The notes beneath the pieces are model-generated. The model saw only the letters and a program-made list of their open reading frames with translations, was not told where the DNA came from and did no database searches. A DNA stretch of 64,000 nt, taken from assembly GCA_963727625.1 (NCBI GenBank), contig CAVSHR010000011.1, positions 96,001-160,000 of the forward strand. The letters run 5' to 3'. Below are positions 8,525 through 17,813 of this stretch, in pieces. Source of the DNA: an uncultured delta proteobacterium (GTDB lineage Bacteria; Desulfobacterota; Binatia; UBA9968). Every line of letters starts with the position of its first letter. Position 1 is the first letter of the stretch. The position numbers were made by a program, and so were the translations under genes.

Positions 8525-9865
8525 TTAGGTTTTTAACTGCGCTGGACCGGTCAACCACTCCTTCAGATCATCGGCGAGCCGCGGCGGACTCAAGAAATAG
8601 CCCTGCACTGCGTCGCAGCCGAGCCGGGCGAGCTTGTCACAAACGGCTTGGCTCTCCACGCCTTCGGCAATCACTTGAAGCCCTAAGCGGCGCCCTAGAT
8701 CGATGATCGACCGAACTATGGCGGCGTCGTTTTTATCGGCCGTCACTTGACGAACAAAAGTCTGGTCGATTTTGACCCCGGCAATGGGTAAATTTTTTAT
8801 ATGGCTAAGGGAGGAATAGCCGGTGCCGAAGTCGTCAATGAAAATGCGCATCCCTTTGCGGCTGATTTTTTCTAAGGCTTGGGAAGCATGCGGAGCGTCG
8901 GTAAGAATGGCGCTCTCGGTGATTTCGATCTCGACCAGATCCGGCGCCACGCCATGAGTCGTCAAGAGATGGTCAATATAGCCGGGCAGATGTCGGTCGT
9001 GAAAATTACGCGGCGACAAGTTGACCGCGACCGGCACATCAATACCTACGCGATGCCAAGCGTTGCATTGCGCGACTGCCGATTGCAGAATCCAGCGGCT
9101 CAAAGCATGGATCAATCCGGTGCGTTCGGCAACCGGTACAAACTGAGAAGCCGGAACCACGCCCAACTCAGGGTGCTGCCACTGTACCAGCGCCTCGACG
9201 CCGATGGTTTTTCCGCTGCTCAACTCGATCTTTGGTTGGTAACAGAGCGCGATATGATCTTGTTCGATAGCGTTGCGCAAACCGCCGACGTACGCTCGTC
9301 TTAACTCCGTGTAGGGATCCGTGGCGGCGTCGTAGATGGAAAACCCTCGGCCAAACTGCTTGGTGTATTCAAGGGCAATGTTGGCGCGCTGAAAAATCAC
9401 ATCGGCATCCACGCTGTCTGCTGGGCACAGTGCCACGCCGATGCTTGCCGAAAGATCGACCGGCACTTGGTCGATGATAACGGGAGGCTCCAACGCACGG
9501 AAGATCCGCTCGCAAAGTTTTTTGATCGCCGGTTCACCGGCGGCGCTGACGATCGCGGCGAATTCATCGCCGCCGAGCCTGGCTTTGAAGTCGGCTACGC
9601 CGACGGCATCCGCGAAGCGGCGCGCGACCTGCCCAAGCAGAAGATCGCCGTTCTTCGGGCCGAAGATATGATTGATGTCGCGAAACCGGTCAAGCCCCAA
9701 GACGATGAGCGCGAAGGGTGTTCGGCGCGCCTTCTTTACCGCTACCTGGAGCCGTTCATGGAAACGGTCGCGGGTCGGTAAATGAGTCAAGGGATCGCAA
9801 TCGAATCGAGTCAATTTTCGGTGGCGCTGGGCAGCGGCACGCCTGTTCCTACCGGTTGTCTTCAT
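8525..9865 (-). CDS. GGDEF-EAL protein (probable c-di-GMP phosphodiesterase)
   Basis: DPLTHLP and RLGGDEF; YQPK, EAL, EITE, DDFGTGYSSL, EGVE and QGY. Confidence 0.92.
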   Translation of the reverse strand: MKTTGRNRRAAAQRHRKLTRFDCDPLTHLPTRDRFHERLQVAVKKARRTPFALIVLGLDRFRDINHIFGPKNGDLLLGQVARRFADAVGVADFKARLGGDEFAAIVSAAGEPAIKKLCERIFRALEPPVIIDQVPVDLSASIGVALCPADSVDADVIFQRANIALEYTKQFGRGFSIYDAATDPYTELRRAYVGGLRNAIEQDHIALCYQPKIELSSGKTIGVEALVQWQHPELGVVPASQFVPVAERTGLIHALSRWILQSAVAQCNAWHRVGIDVPVAVNLSPRNFHDRHLPGYIDHLLTTHGVAPDLVEIEITESAILTDAPHASQALEKISRKGMRIFIDDFGTGYSSLSHIKNLPIAGVKIDQTFVRQVTADKNDAAIVRSIIDLGRRLGLQVIAEGVESQAVCDKLARLGCDAVQGYFLSPPRLADDLKEWLTGPAQLKT

Positions 9866-10119
9866 TCATTGTCTCAATCGCAAGAGCTCACCGCGAGTCC
9901 TGCGCACGGGAGTGCTCCAGCGCTAGAGTAACGCATCCGCTGACGAAAGAAAGGAGACGCGGAAAATTAAGAAGATTATTCACATTCCGCCGGCGCACGG
10001 GCGGAAAAATCTGGCTCTGTGTACAAGTGATTTCAAGAATGCGGTGGACGGTCGGATTCAATTTTAATTAAATGCGCGCGGAATCGGACTTAGCAACAAA
10101 TAGCTAGGTTAGCTGAGTG

Positions 10120-10134
10120 GCAATTTTTCGGCCA
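10120..10134 (-). promoter_or_regulatory. Putative sigma54 -24/-12 promoter facing the GGDEF-EAL gene
   Basis: The minus strand reads TGGCCGAAAAATTGC, with exact GG-N10-GC spacing and TTGC. Confidence 0.55.
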
Positions 10135-10184
10135 GTGGGTGATTACGGACAGGTTTAGGTGGGAATAGGCTATGCTGTGGTGCT

Positions 10185-10388
10185 TTAACTGGCCTTGGGC
10201 GTGGTGTTTTCTTCCTCTTGAACCCAATCCTGGAAACGACTTTCAAGAATACGCCATTGACCGCCGACTTTGAAGGCTGGGATCTGGTGGTTTTGGATCA
10301 TGCGGTGCAAGGTTCTCTTGGAAATTTTCAATATACTCGCTGCCTCGGCGAGAGTTAAAAGTTTGATGCTAGAATCGGTTCTTTTCAT
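10185..10388 (-). CDS. Stand-alone excisionase/BldC-like (HTH_17) DNA-binding protein
   Basis: LLTLAEAASILKISKRTLHRMIQNHQIPAFKVGGQWRI; AGGAG RBS before ATG 10388. Confidence 0.88.
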   Translation of the reverse strand: MKRTDSSIKLLTLAEAASILKISKRTLHRMIQNHQIPAFKVGGQWRILESRFQDWVQEEENTTPKAS

Positions 10389-10420
10389 AGCTTTGTCACT
10401 CCTAAAAATGAGATTACGAC

Positions 10421-10464
10421 GCAAGCCATATGCCACTGCGCTCGCCACGAATAAGTATTTGAAA
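10421..10464 (-). promoter_or_regulatory. sigma54 promoter with upstream IHF-like site
   Basis: TGGCATATGGCTTGC (10435-10421), plus TTTCAAATACTTA (10464-10452), which has one mismatch to WATCAANNNNTTR. Confidence 0.75.
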
Positions 10465-10964
10465 TAGAAGATAATTATTTATTCGAGCCCGGTTCAAAGT
10501 TTTGCTTTTGGGTCAAAAATCGACACCCTCGAACTCGCTGTGACAAAAATGGCAGACAAAATTAGGACCGCAGCGCGATAACTGGCACGGCAGTCATCGG
10601 AATCGCGCTCCATGTCGCTTTGAAAGTTTGGTTCGAAGACCGCTCTCTGAATGGGCTGAATGGGCCTAACCATTCACGAATTCAACTCCCTTTAGGTGGA
10701 CACGTTCTCGAACCAACGCAGGCAGCCTCTCCGCGTCGGGAAGCGAGAATGGATCTCGATATCGAAGGTCTCGAGAGAAAACCGAAGGGTTATTCGACTT
10801 GATTGTCGTTGCCGACTTAATTGCGAATTAAAAATGCGGGGCGCGTGTATTGCTATGCGAAAAAGAGCCCGGACGGGACCGCGATACGCAGTTGCACGTG
10901 AAGAAACCAACGGAATGATTGGATGCGCAAGAGTCGGTGAGAAAGTTGATGCAAAAATTCAGAT

Positions 10965-11051
10965 TGGTGCGAGGAGCGGGATTTGAACCCGCACGCCGTT
11001 TCCGGCACTAGCCCCTCAAACTAGCGCGTCTGCCGATTCCGCCACCCTCGC
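10965..11051 (-). tRNA. tRNA-Leu (anticodon GAG)
   Basis: GCGAGGGTGGCGGAATCGGCAGACGCGCTAGTTTGAGGGGCTAG...GGTTCAAATCCCGCTCCTCGCACCA; 87 nt, long variable arm, encoded CCA; typical position after secG. Confidence 0.97.
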
Positions 11052-11062
11052 GTCGTTCATGC

Positions 11063-11455
11063 TTATGGTTTGACAGATTTTTCCGCCGCGGGCTTGTCCG
11101 GCGTTACGGGCGCGGCAGGCTGCGCGCTCCCAGCGGGCGCGCTTTGGCGCTGCGCCGGCGCATTTGGTAGCGCCGATGGACGCGACTCCGATGCCGGGGT
11201 CCGGTTGTCAAAGATTGTTGACGACGGCTTCCGTCCGGCAAAGTAACCCAGGGTCAATGAGGTTGCCATGAACACAATCGCCATGCCGGTGGTCAATCGC
11301 GTCAGGAAATTTCCTGCGCCGCTGCTGCCGAAAATTGTCGAGCTGGAGCCACCAAAGACAGCTCCGACCTCAGCGCCCTTGCCGGTTTGTAAGAGCACTA
11401 CGAGAATCAATCCGAGACTAACGAGCACGTGAAGAATCGTTATCGCGATAATCAT
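11063..11455 (-). CDS. secG: Preprotein translocase subunit SecG
   Basis: VLLQTGKGAEVGAVFGG and NFLTRLT motifs. Confidence 0.95.
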   Translation of the reverse strand: MIIAITILHVLVSLGLILVVLLQTGKGAEVGAVFGGSSSTIFGSSGAGNFLTRLTTGMAIVFMATSLTLGYFAGRKPSSTIFDNRTPASESRPSALPNAPAQRQSAPAGSAQPAAPVTPDKPAAEKSVKP

Positions 11456-12225
11456 AAATCCTGTAATTTTGAAAACGCCCGAATAATCGGCAAAAAAGTT
11501 TCTACCGCTAAGCTGGCGCCGCCGACTAGGAAGCCGCTGATTTCATCGGTCTGCGCCAGCAGGGCCGCATTATCCGGCTTGACGCTTCCGCCATAGAGAA
11601 TCCTTGTTTGTCGGCCTTTGACGTCACCAAACTCAACTCTTAGAAAACTACGGATCCGCGCATGAACTTCGCTGATCTGCTCGGCCGTAGCGTTAACTCC
11701 TGTGCCAATCGCCCACACTGGCTCATAGGCAATTTCGATTTTGTCTATATCACCTTTGTCAACTCCCTTCAATGCAGAGTCAAGCTGTCTAGTGATGACT
11801 GCTGTCATTTGCTCGTTGCGGCGTTCCTCAAGCGTTTCCCCGACGCAGAGAATCGGCCGCATGCCATGCTTGATAACCGCCAGAAGCTTGAGCGCGATCA
11901 TTTCGTCGCTCTCATGAAAAATATGGCGCCTTTCCGAATGGCCGACAATGACAAAATCGCAGCCGATTTCGTGAAGCATCGACGGGCTGACTTCGCCGGT
12001 GAAGGCGCCGCTGTCTTGCCAATGGCAGTTTTGCGCGGCAATTTTGATTTTGCTCTTGCGAATGGCTTTCTCCACCGCTGACAGCGCGGTGAACGAAGGG
12101 GCGAGCACGACCTCGGCGACCGCCGGTTTTTTTTGCAGATCGCGAACGATTTTACGAGCGAGTTCGACGCAAGCAGCCTGGATGCCGTTCATCTTCCAGT
12201 TGCCGGCCACCAGCGGGATAGTCAT
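11452..12225 (-). CDS. tpiA: Triosephosphate isomerase
   Basis: AGNWKMN, GHSERR, AYEPVWAIGTG and YGGSV motifs. Confidence 0.98.
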   Translation of the reverse strand: MTIPLVAGNWKMNGIQAACVELARKIVRDLQKKPAVAEVVLAPSFTALSAVEKAIRKSKIKIAAQNCHWQDSGAFTGEVSPSMLHEIGCDFVIVGHSERRHIFHESDEMIALKLLAVIKHGMRPILCVGETLEERRNEQMTAVITRQLDSALKGVDKGDIDKIEIAYEPVWAIGTGVNATAEQISEVHARIRSFLRVEFGDVKGRQTRILYGGSVKPDNAALLAQTDEISGFLVGGASLAVETFLPIIRAFSKLQDL

Positions 12226-13400
12226 TGGCTGACTTCCAGGGCTCTGATGCCTGGCAGTTCTTTCCCTTCAAGGAATTCCAGGGTTGCCCCACCTCCGGTG
12301 GATAAATGACTTATCTTAGCTTCGACCCCCGACGCGGTGACGGCCGCCACCGTGTCGCCGCCGGCGATGATGCTAACAACCCGTGGATAATTCCCCGCCA
12401 GAACTTCGGCGAGCCTACGGCTGCCCTGATCATAGGGCGGAACTTCGAATAGGCCCACCGGGCCGTTCCACAAAACCATTTTGGCGTTGCTAATCTCGCC
12501 GGCGAATAAACTGGCGGTGGCGGGACCGATGTCGAGTCCCATGCGCTCAGCGGCGATGGGGCCGCTGCAAGTTTGCGGATTGTTTTTCTCGGAATCCCCG
12601 GTCACATGGTCGACGGGTAAAAGCAAACGCACGCCGCGGTGCGATGCTTCACGGAGAAGATCGGCGGCAAGAGCGATTTTGTCTGGCTCGACCAGCGACC
12701 TGCCGATTTCACTGCCTTGAGCCTTGAGAAACGTGTACGCCATGCCGCCGCCGATCAGCAGGGCGTCGACTTTAGGCAACAGGTTCTTGATCACACCGAT
12801 TTTATCGGAAACCTTAGCGCCACCCAAAATAGTCACGAATGGTTTTTCCGGATCGGTGAGAATCGGCGTGAGGTAGTCGAGCTCTTTCTGCATTAAGAGA
12901 CCCGCCGCTTTGTCGGTGAAGAATGCCGCCATTCCGACAATTGAGGCGTGGGCGCGATGGGCCGCGCCGAAGGCGTCGTCCACATAGCTATCGGCCAGGG
13001 AAGCGAGCGCTTTGGAAAAGCCGGGGTCGTTATTCTCCTCTTCTTTGTGGAAACGAAGATTCTCCAGTAGAACGATCCGGCGTTGTTGATCGCGGACGAG
13101 CCGCTCGACTTCCGCTCCGACACAATCCGGTGCCATAACCACGGGCTGCTGCATCGCGCGTTCCAAATAGTCGCGCACCGGCGCCAGACTATATTTTGCC
13201 ATCGGTTTGCCGTCGGGTCGGCCCAAGTGCGAGGCAACGACGATTTTGCGCGCGTGCTCTAGAATTTTCCGAAGTGTCGGCAGAGCGCTGTTAATTCGAT
13301 GCGGTTCGGTGATCCTGCCGTGATCGATCGGCACGTTGAAGTCGACGCGAACGAAGACTGTCTTGGCCTGGAGTTCCAATTCTTCCAGTTTTCGTATCAT
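12222..13400 (-). CDS. pgk: Phosphoglycerate kinase
   Basis: RVDFNVP, SHLGRP, LENLRF, GGAKVSDKI and STGGGA motifs. Confidence 0.98.
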   Translation of the reverse strand: MIRKLEELELQAKTVFVRVDFNVPIDHGRITEPHRINSALPTLRKILEHARKIVVASHLGRPDGKPMAKYSLAPVRDYLERAMQQPVVMAPDCVGAEVERLVRDQQRRIVLLENLRFHKEEENNDPGFSKALASLADSYVDDAFGAAHRAHASIVGMAAFFTDKAAGLLMQKELDYLTPILTDPEKPFVTILGGAKVSDKIGVIKNLLPKVDALLIGGGMAYTFLKAQGSEIGRSLVEPDKIALAADLLREASHRGVRLLLPVDHVTGDSEKNNPQTCSGPIAAERMGLDIGPATASLFAGEISNAKMVLWNGPVGLFEVPPYDQGSRRLAEVLAGNYPRVVSIIAGGDTVAAVTASGVEAKISHLSTGGGATLEFLEGKELPGIRALEVSQ

Positions 13401-13500
13401 GGTGGTTGCCCGTCTAATTTTTTAACGACGAATAGACGATTCTCAATTGACTAATTACAAGGCTTGTAATACTTTTTCAAATGGCTGCAGACTACCCGCA

Positions 13501-14244
13501 ATGTCTTTTCTTTGGTCACTTCACCTTTTGAGTCAAGAAGGCGGTCTAACGCTATCGCCGCAGCATAGCATTCTCGATCTGGTGCGCGGATCAGGCGTGG
13601 TCGTCCAAGCAATTCTCTACTTGCTGGTATTATTTTCGGTGGTGAGTTGGGGAATTATCGCGCAGAAGTACCGTCAGATTCGCCGTGCCAAACGGGAATC
13701 GGAGCGATTTATCGAAATTTTTTGGGAGCGCCGCAATCTATCGTCGATCCACGACGCCAGCCGCGAGCTCACTTCGAGTCCCGTCGGTCAGGTGTTCCGC
13801 GCGGGATATGAAGAGTTGATTCGAGTCTCCCGTTCCAAGAAAGAATCTGCACCGGGCGATAATCTCACAACGGAATTGGGCGGCGTCGATAACGTCTCGC
13901 GGGCGATGAAGCGGGCCACCAGTGTCGAAATTACGAAGTTGGAGAAACACTGTTCGTTTCTCGCCACCACGGCGAGTTCGGCGCCGTTTGTCGGGCTGTT
14001 CGGAACCGTTTGGGGGATTATGGATGCGTTCCGAGGTCTGAGCGTCACTCATTCTTCAAGCATTCAAGCGGTCGCGCCGGGGATCGCCGAAGCTTTGATC
14101 GCCACGGCGGTCGGATTGGCGGCAGCCATTCCGGCCTTGATGGCGTACAATTATTTTGTCCAGCAAATCAAAGTGCTCGCCGTGGAAATGGATAACTTCT
14201 CGCATGAGTTTCTCAATATCGCTGAGCGCCACTTCTTCAAGTAA
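13501..14244 (+). CDS. tolQ: Tol-Pal protein TolQ
   Basis: LATTASSAPFVGLFGTVWGIM and VAPGIAEALIATAVGL. Start uncertain (ATG 13501 chosen). Confidence 0.93.
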   Translation: MSFLWSLHLLSQEGGLTLSPQHSILDLVRGSGVVVQAILYLLVLFSVVSWGIIAQKYRQIRRAKRESERFIEIFWERRNLSSIHDASRELTSSPVGQVFRAGYEELIRVSRSKKESAPGDNLTTELGGVDNVSRAMKRATSVEITKLEKHCSFLATTASSAPFVGLFGTVWGIMDAFRGLSVTHSSSIQAVAPGIAEALIATAVGLAAAIPALMAYNYFVQQIKVLAVEMDNFSHEFLNIAERHFFK

Positions 14245-14443
14245 GCAAATAACAGAGTATACTTGGAGCCAACTCGGGTATGCGGAGTGAACGGACTGAA
14301 TCGCCTCAGGGTGCGCGGCGAAGACGCGGTAAATAAATCTCCGCGTCGGTGTCAAGATGCTTTGATTGAAGCAAATTTACGGCGGACCTTGATTCACGTA
14401 ACAAAATAAGTCCAAAATCGTCAATGGAAGCGATGGGGTAACT

Positions 14444-14866
14444 ATGGCGGTGGATGCTTCGTCCCAGCGTGACAGCAGCACGATTTCACAAATCAACGTC
14501 ACGCCGCTTGTCGATGTCATGCTGGTGCTGCTGGTCATCTTTATGGTGACCGCGCCGATTATCCAGCAGGGGGTGCAGGTCAATTTGCCGCAGGCCAGAT
14601 CGAGCGCGATCCAAGGCAGCGAAGAACATTTAGTCGTGACCATCGCGAAAAACGGCAAGGTTTATCTCAACGATAACGCCATGTCGATTAGCGATTTGGG
14701 CAAGAAACTGCGGGCAATCAAGAAGCTTCAAGCCGATAAGCAGGTCTACCTGCGGGCGGACCAGGATGTGCGCTACGGTGTCGTCATGAAAACCATCGCG
14801 GAAATCAAGGAGGCCGGCATTGAAAGATTGGGTATGGTGACGCGGCCTCAGGCTGAAGCGAGGTAG
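14444..14866 (+). CDS. tolR: Tol-Pal protein TolR
   Basis: INVTPLVDVMLVLLVIFMVTAP and RAD..V.YG motifs. Confidence 0.93.
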   Translation: MAVDASSQRDSSTISQINVTPLVDVMLVLLVIFMVTAPIIQQGVQVNLPQARSSAIQGSEEHLVVTIAKNGKVYLNDNAMSISDLGKKLRAIKKLQADKQVYLRADQDVRYGVVMKTIAEIKEAGIERLGMVTRPQAEAR

Positions 14867-14872
14867 TCGCGG

Positions 14873-15823
14873 GTGGCCGAGAGAAACCCTTCGCCGACGA
14901 TCAGCCTGCGCGAGCGATCTTTTCCGATCCATGATCCCGCGGAGCGTTTGCCCAAGTGGGTGGTGGTCTCGCTGTTGTTGCATCTGGCGCTGATTGCTTG
15001 TCTGTTTTTAATACCGATGTTGCCTTCTCAGACCGAAGCCATTCCGGTATACACCGTTGATCTCGTCGGCGGAGAAAAAATCGGTGCCGCCAATTTGGGA
15101 ACCGAATTGGCCCCACCCCCGAAACAAACGGTGAAAAACCTTCGAGCGCAAAAAAGTTTGCCCGCCCTGGAACCCAAACGGGAAGTCAAAAAGGACAAGC
15201 CGGCGAAGGAAGTGAAGCTCAAAGCCAAGCCAGTGGAGAAAAAACCGCCGGTGGAAAAAACGATCGTTCTCAAAGAAAAAGCTAAGCTGGAGCCGGTGCA
15301 ACCGAAGCCGGGGAACGAAACAAAAAAGGAAACGAAAGAGATTGCGAGGACCGAGACCACTTCGGGGGATAGCGTGCGCGAGCGGTTGATTCAATCAGCG
15401 GTGGATCGTGCCAAGGCGCGAACCGAAAGCGCGGAGAAGCCGTCAAAAGGAGAGCAGCTGAGCGCCGGGTCAGGGGAAGGTATCGGCGCGGCTGCGCTCG
15501 GCGCGGGGGGGCGCGGCGGTCCGGGAATCGTCAAGGGGATGGATTTTATTATTTATCAAAATCGGATGCTGGGCACGATCAAAGGTAACTGGGCTTGGGT
15601 TGGGCAGCGCAGCAGTTTAAAAGTTGTGGTTCATTTTAGTATCAAAGAAACCGGCGAAATCAGCGGCCTTAAAATAGTCCAGCCTTCGGGCGATCCATCC
15701 TATGACGAGTCGGTATTGCGCGCGGTAAAAAAATCGAGCCCCTTGCCGGCGCCGCCGGAAAGTTATCGGAAGGATTTTGCCGACGTGGAATTGACTTTTC
15801 GCCCGCGGGATCTGGGAGCTTAG
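14873..15823 (+). CDS. tolA: TolA/TonB-like protein
   Basis: SLLLH TM motif, Lys/Pro-rich linker, C-terminal SGDPSYDESVLRAV; lies between tolR and tolB. Confidence 0.85.
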   Translation: MAERNPSPTISLRERSFPIHDPAERLPKWVVVSLLLHLALIACLFLIPMLPSQTEAIPVYTVDLVGGEKIGAANLGTELAPPPKQTVKNLRAQKSLPALEPKREVKKDKPAKEVKLKAKPVEKKPPVEKTIVLKEKAKLEPVQPKPGNETKKETKEIARTETTSGDSVRERLIQSAVDRAKARTESAEKPSKGEQLSAGSGEGIGAAALGAGGRGGPGIVKGMDFIIYQNRMLGTIKGNWAWVGQRSSLKVVVHFSIKETGEISGLKIVQPSGDPSYDESVLRAVKKSSPLPAPPESYRKDFADVELTFRPRDLGA

Positions 15824-15827
15824 AGCC

Positions 15828-17138
15828 ATGACAAGAGTCTTGATCGCAGTTTTGACTTCGTTGCTGTTGCCGTGGACCGCCCAAGCCGCCGTGGTTGGAG
15901 AAATAGTCGGTCAGGGCGGACAGCGTTTTCCGATCGCGGTATCGCCGCTGAAAAACTTAGGCACGAGAGGCGCGGATTCGGCGCGCTATTCGACCGGAAT
16001 CGCCGACGCGATGGTGCATGACCTGGAACTATCGGGTTGGTTTAAGGTGATCGATCGATCGGCTTACCTTGAAAACCCACAGACTAGCGGGATCGTCCTG
16101 GGTGCTTTTGACTTCAAAGACTGGTCGACCATTGGCGCCGAAGGGCTGGTTAAAGGCGGCTTCTCCGTGCAAGGCGATGAAATCACCGTGGAGCTCCGAT
16201 TGTTCGATGTTTTCCAAAATAAAGAGCGCATCGGCAAGCGTTATACCGGACGGGTGAAAGATTTCCGGCGGATCGCGCATAAGTTCGTCGACGAAATCAT
16301 CAATCAGTTCACCGGCATCCCCGGTATTTTCAATACCCGCATCGCCTATGTTTCCAACAGCGGCGGTCGTTTTAAAGAGATCTTCGTCTCGCACTTGGAC
16401 GGCAGTGAAAAGTTTCAAGTCACCGACAATCACACGATCAATCTTTCGCCGGATTGGAGCCCCGATGGCCGGTCGATTCTGTATTCATCCTTTAAAGAGC
16501 GCAAACAAACCCTCTACTTGTTTGAGCTCTTCAGTGGCAAAGAAGTTAAATTCACGCCGCGAGGAGATGGTAGGTATCTCGGCGGAAAATTTTCTCCGGA
16601 TGGCCAAACCATCGTTGCGACGCTGGAATCGGCAGGTAACACCAACCTCGACCTGCTCGATCGCAGCGGCAAGTTGATCCGTCGCCTCACCCAAGATTCC
16701 GGCATTGAAGTCTCGCCCGCTTGGTCGCCGGACGGTAAGCAAATCGCCTACGTTTCCGATCGTGGCGGCTCACCGCAAATTTACATTCTTGATCTTTCCA
16801 GCGGCAAGTTTCGCCGGTTGACCTACAGCGGCAGTTACAATACCTCGCCGGAGTGGTCGCCTAGGGGCGACCGCATCGTTTACACGGGGCGAGTCGGTAG
16901 TCGCTTCGCGATTTTTACCATCTCGGCTGACGGTGGCGAGCCGCGCAAGTTGACTTCCGAGTCTTTCGACAGCGAGGACCCGACTTGGTCCCCCGACGGC
17001 CGGTTCATTGCTTTCTCATCCAATCGAGCCGGCAAATACCATTTGTATGTGATGCAAGCAAGCGGGGACAACCAACGTAGATTGACAGGTTCCGGGGGTG
17101 ATGATACAAAGCCAAGTTGGTCCCCTCGGTTAGATTAA
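15828..17138 (+). CDS. tolB: Tol-Pal beta-propeller protein TolB
   Basis: Signal peptide, TolB N-domain (RRIAHKFVDEI...TRIAYV) and repeated PxWSPDG motifs. Confidence 0.95.
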   Translation: MTRVLIAVLTSLLLPWTAQAAVVGEIVGQGGQRFPIAVSPLKNLGTRGADSARYSTGIADAMVHDLELSGWFKVIDRSAYLENPQTSGIVLGAFDFKDWSTIGAEGLVKGGFSVQGDEITVELRLFDVFQNKERIGKRYTGRVKDFRRIAHKFVDEIINQFTGIPGIFNTRIAYVSNSGGRFKEIFVSHLDGSEKFQVTDNHTINLSPDWSPDGRSILYSSFKERKQTLYLFELFSGKEVKFTPRGDGRYLGGKFSPDGQTIVATLESAGNTNLDLLDRSGKLIRRLTQDSGIEVSPAWSPDGKQIAYVSDRGGSPQIYILDLSSGKFRRLTYSGSYNTSPEWSPRGDRIVYTGRVGSRFAIFTISADGGEPRKLTSESFDSEDPTWSPDGRFIAFSSNRAGKYHLYVMQASGDNQRRLTGSGGDDTKPSWSPRLD

Positions 17139-17202
17139 TTTCCAAATCTGCAGCTAGAATCTAATTTCTCTAATGATTCCATGGTTACCGCAGGAGGTCA
17201 CG

Positions 17203-17799
17203 ATGAAAAGACCATTTATAATGGCGTGTTACTATTTTCTGGGCATCGTCGCTTTGACTTTGGCGGGATGCGCGCCTGCCACAACGCCAAAACCCGGTGC
17301 CGCTTCAGGGTCGGGGGCTTCCACTTCACGTTCACCGGGTGCGGACTCACGTGCGGGTGAAGGGGCGCGCGGCAGCGGTCGCGAATCCAATACCGGCGCT
17401 TCCAGCTTGCAACAGATGCAAGAAGGCAAGTCGACCGCGACCCCGGCATCGAGCCCGTTGAAGGACGTGTATTTTGATTTTGACCGCTATGACCTGAGTT
17501 CCGAGGGGCGGATGGTTTTGCGGGCGAACGCCGATTGGCTGAAGAGCAATTCCGGCGCGCGGGTGGAGATCGAAGGGCACTGCGACGACCGCGGCACTAA
17601 TGAATACAACTTGGCCTTGGGTGCGAAAAGAGCTCAGTCAGCACGTGAGTATTTAACTACTTTGGGGATTGGCGCCAAGCGTCTCTCGACGATTAGCTAT
17701 GGTGAAGAGATTCCGGTTTGCAAAGAACAAACTGAGTCCTGCTGGAAGCAGAACCGGCGCGCCCGCTTCGTCATTCTGAAGGGCCGTCCGACAAGCTAA
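17203..17799 (+). CDS. pal: Peptidoglycan-associated lipoprotein Pal
   Basis: Lipobox LAGC, VYFDFD, IEGHCDDRGTNEYNLALG and NRRA; GGAGG RBS before ATG 17203. Confidence 0.95.
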   Translation: MKRPFIMACYYFLGIVALTLAGCAPATTPKPGAASGSGASTSRSPGADSRAGEGARGSGRESNTGASSLQQMQEGKSTATPASSPLKDVYFDFDRYDLSSEGRMVLRANADWLKSNSGARVEIEGHCDDRGTNEYNLALGAKRAQSAREYLTTLGIGAKRLSTISYGEEIPVCKEQTESCWKQNRRARFVILKGRPTS

Positions 17800-17813
17800 A
17801 CGGAGGGATCGCA

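Noticed and set aside
10620-10986. Short overlapping ORFs between the HTH gene and the tRNA
   Set aside because: No recognisable motifs or convincing RBS, and one overlaps the tRNA.
10185-11051. Prophage or integrative element at tRNA-Leu, suggested by the excisionase-like gene
   Set aside because: No integrase, phage genes or att duplication seen, and the HTH gene has a host-type sigma54 promoter.
16450-17130. Repeated TGGTC(G/C)CC-type DNA motifs
   Set aside because: These are the coding PD40 (WSPDG) repeats of TolB, not a CRISPR array.
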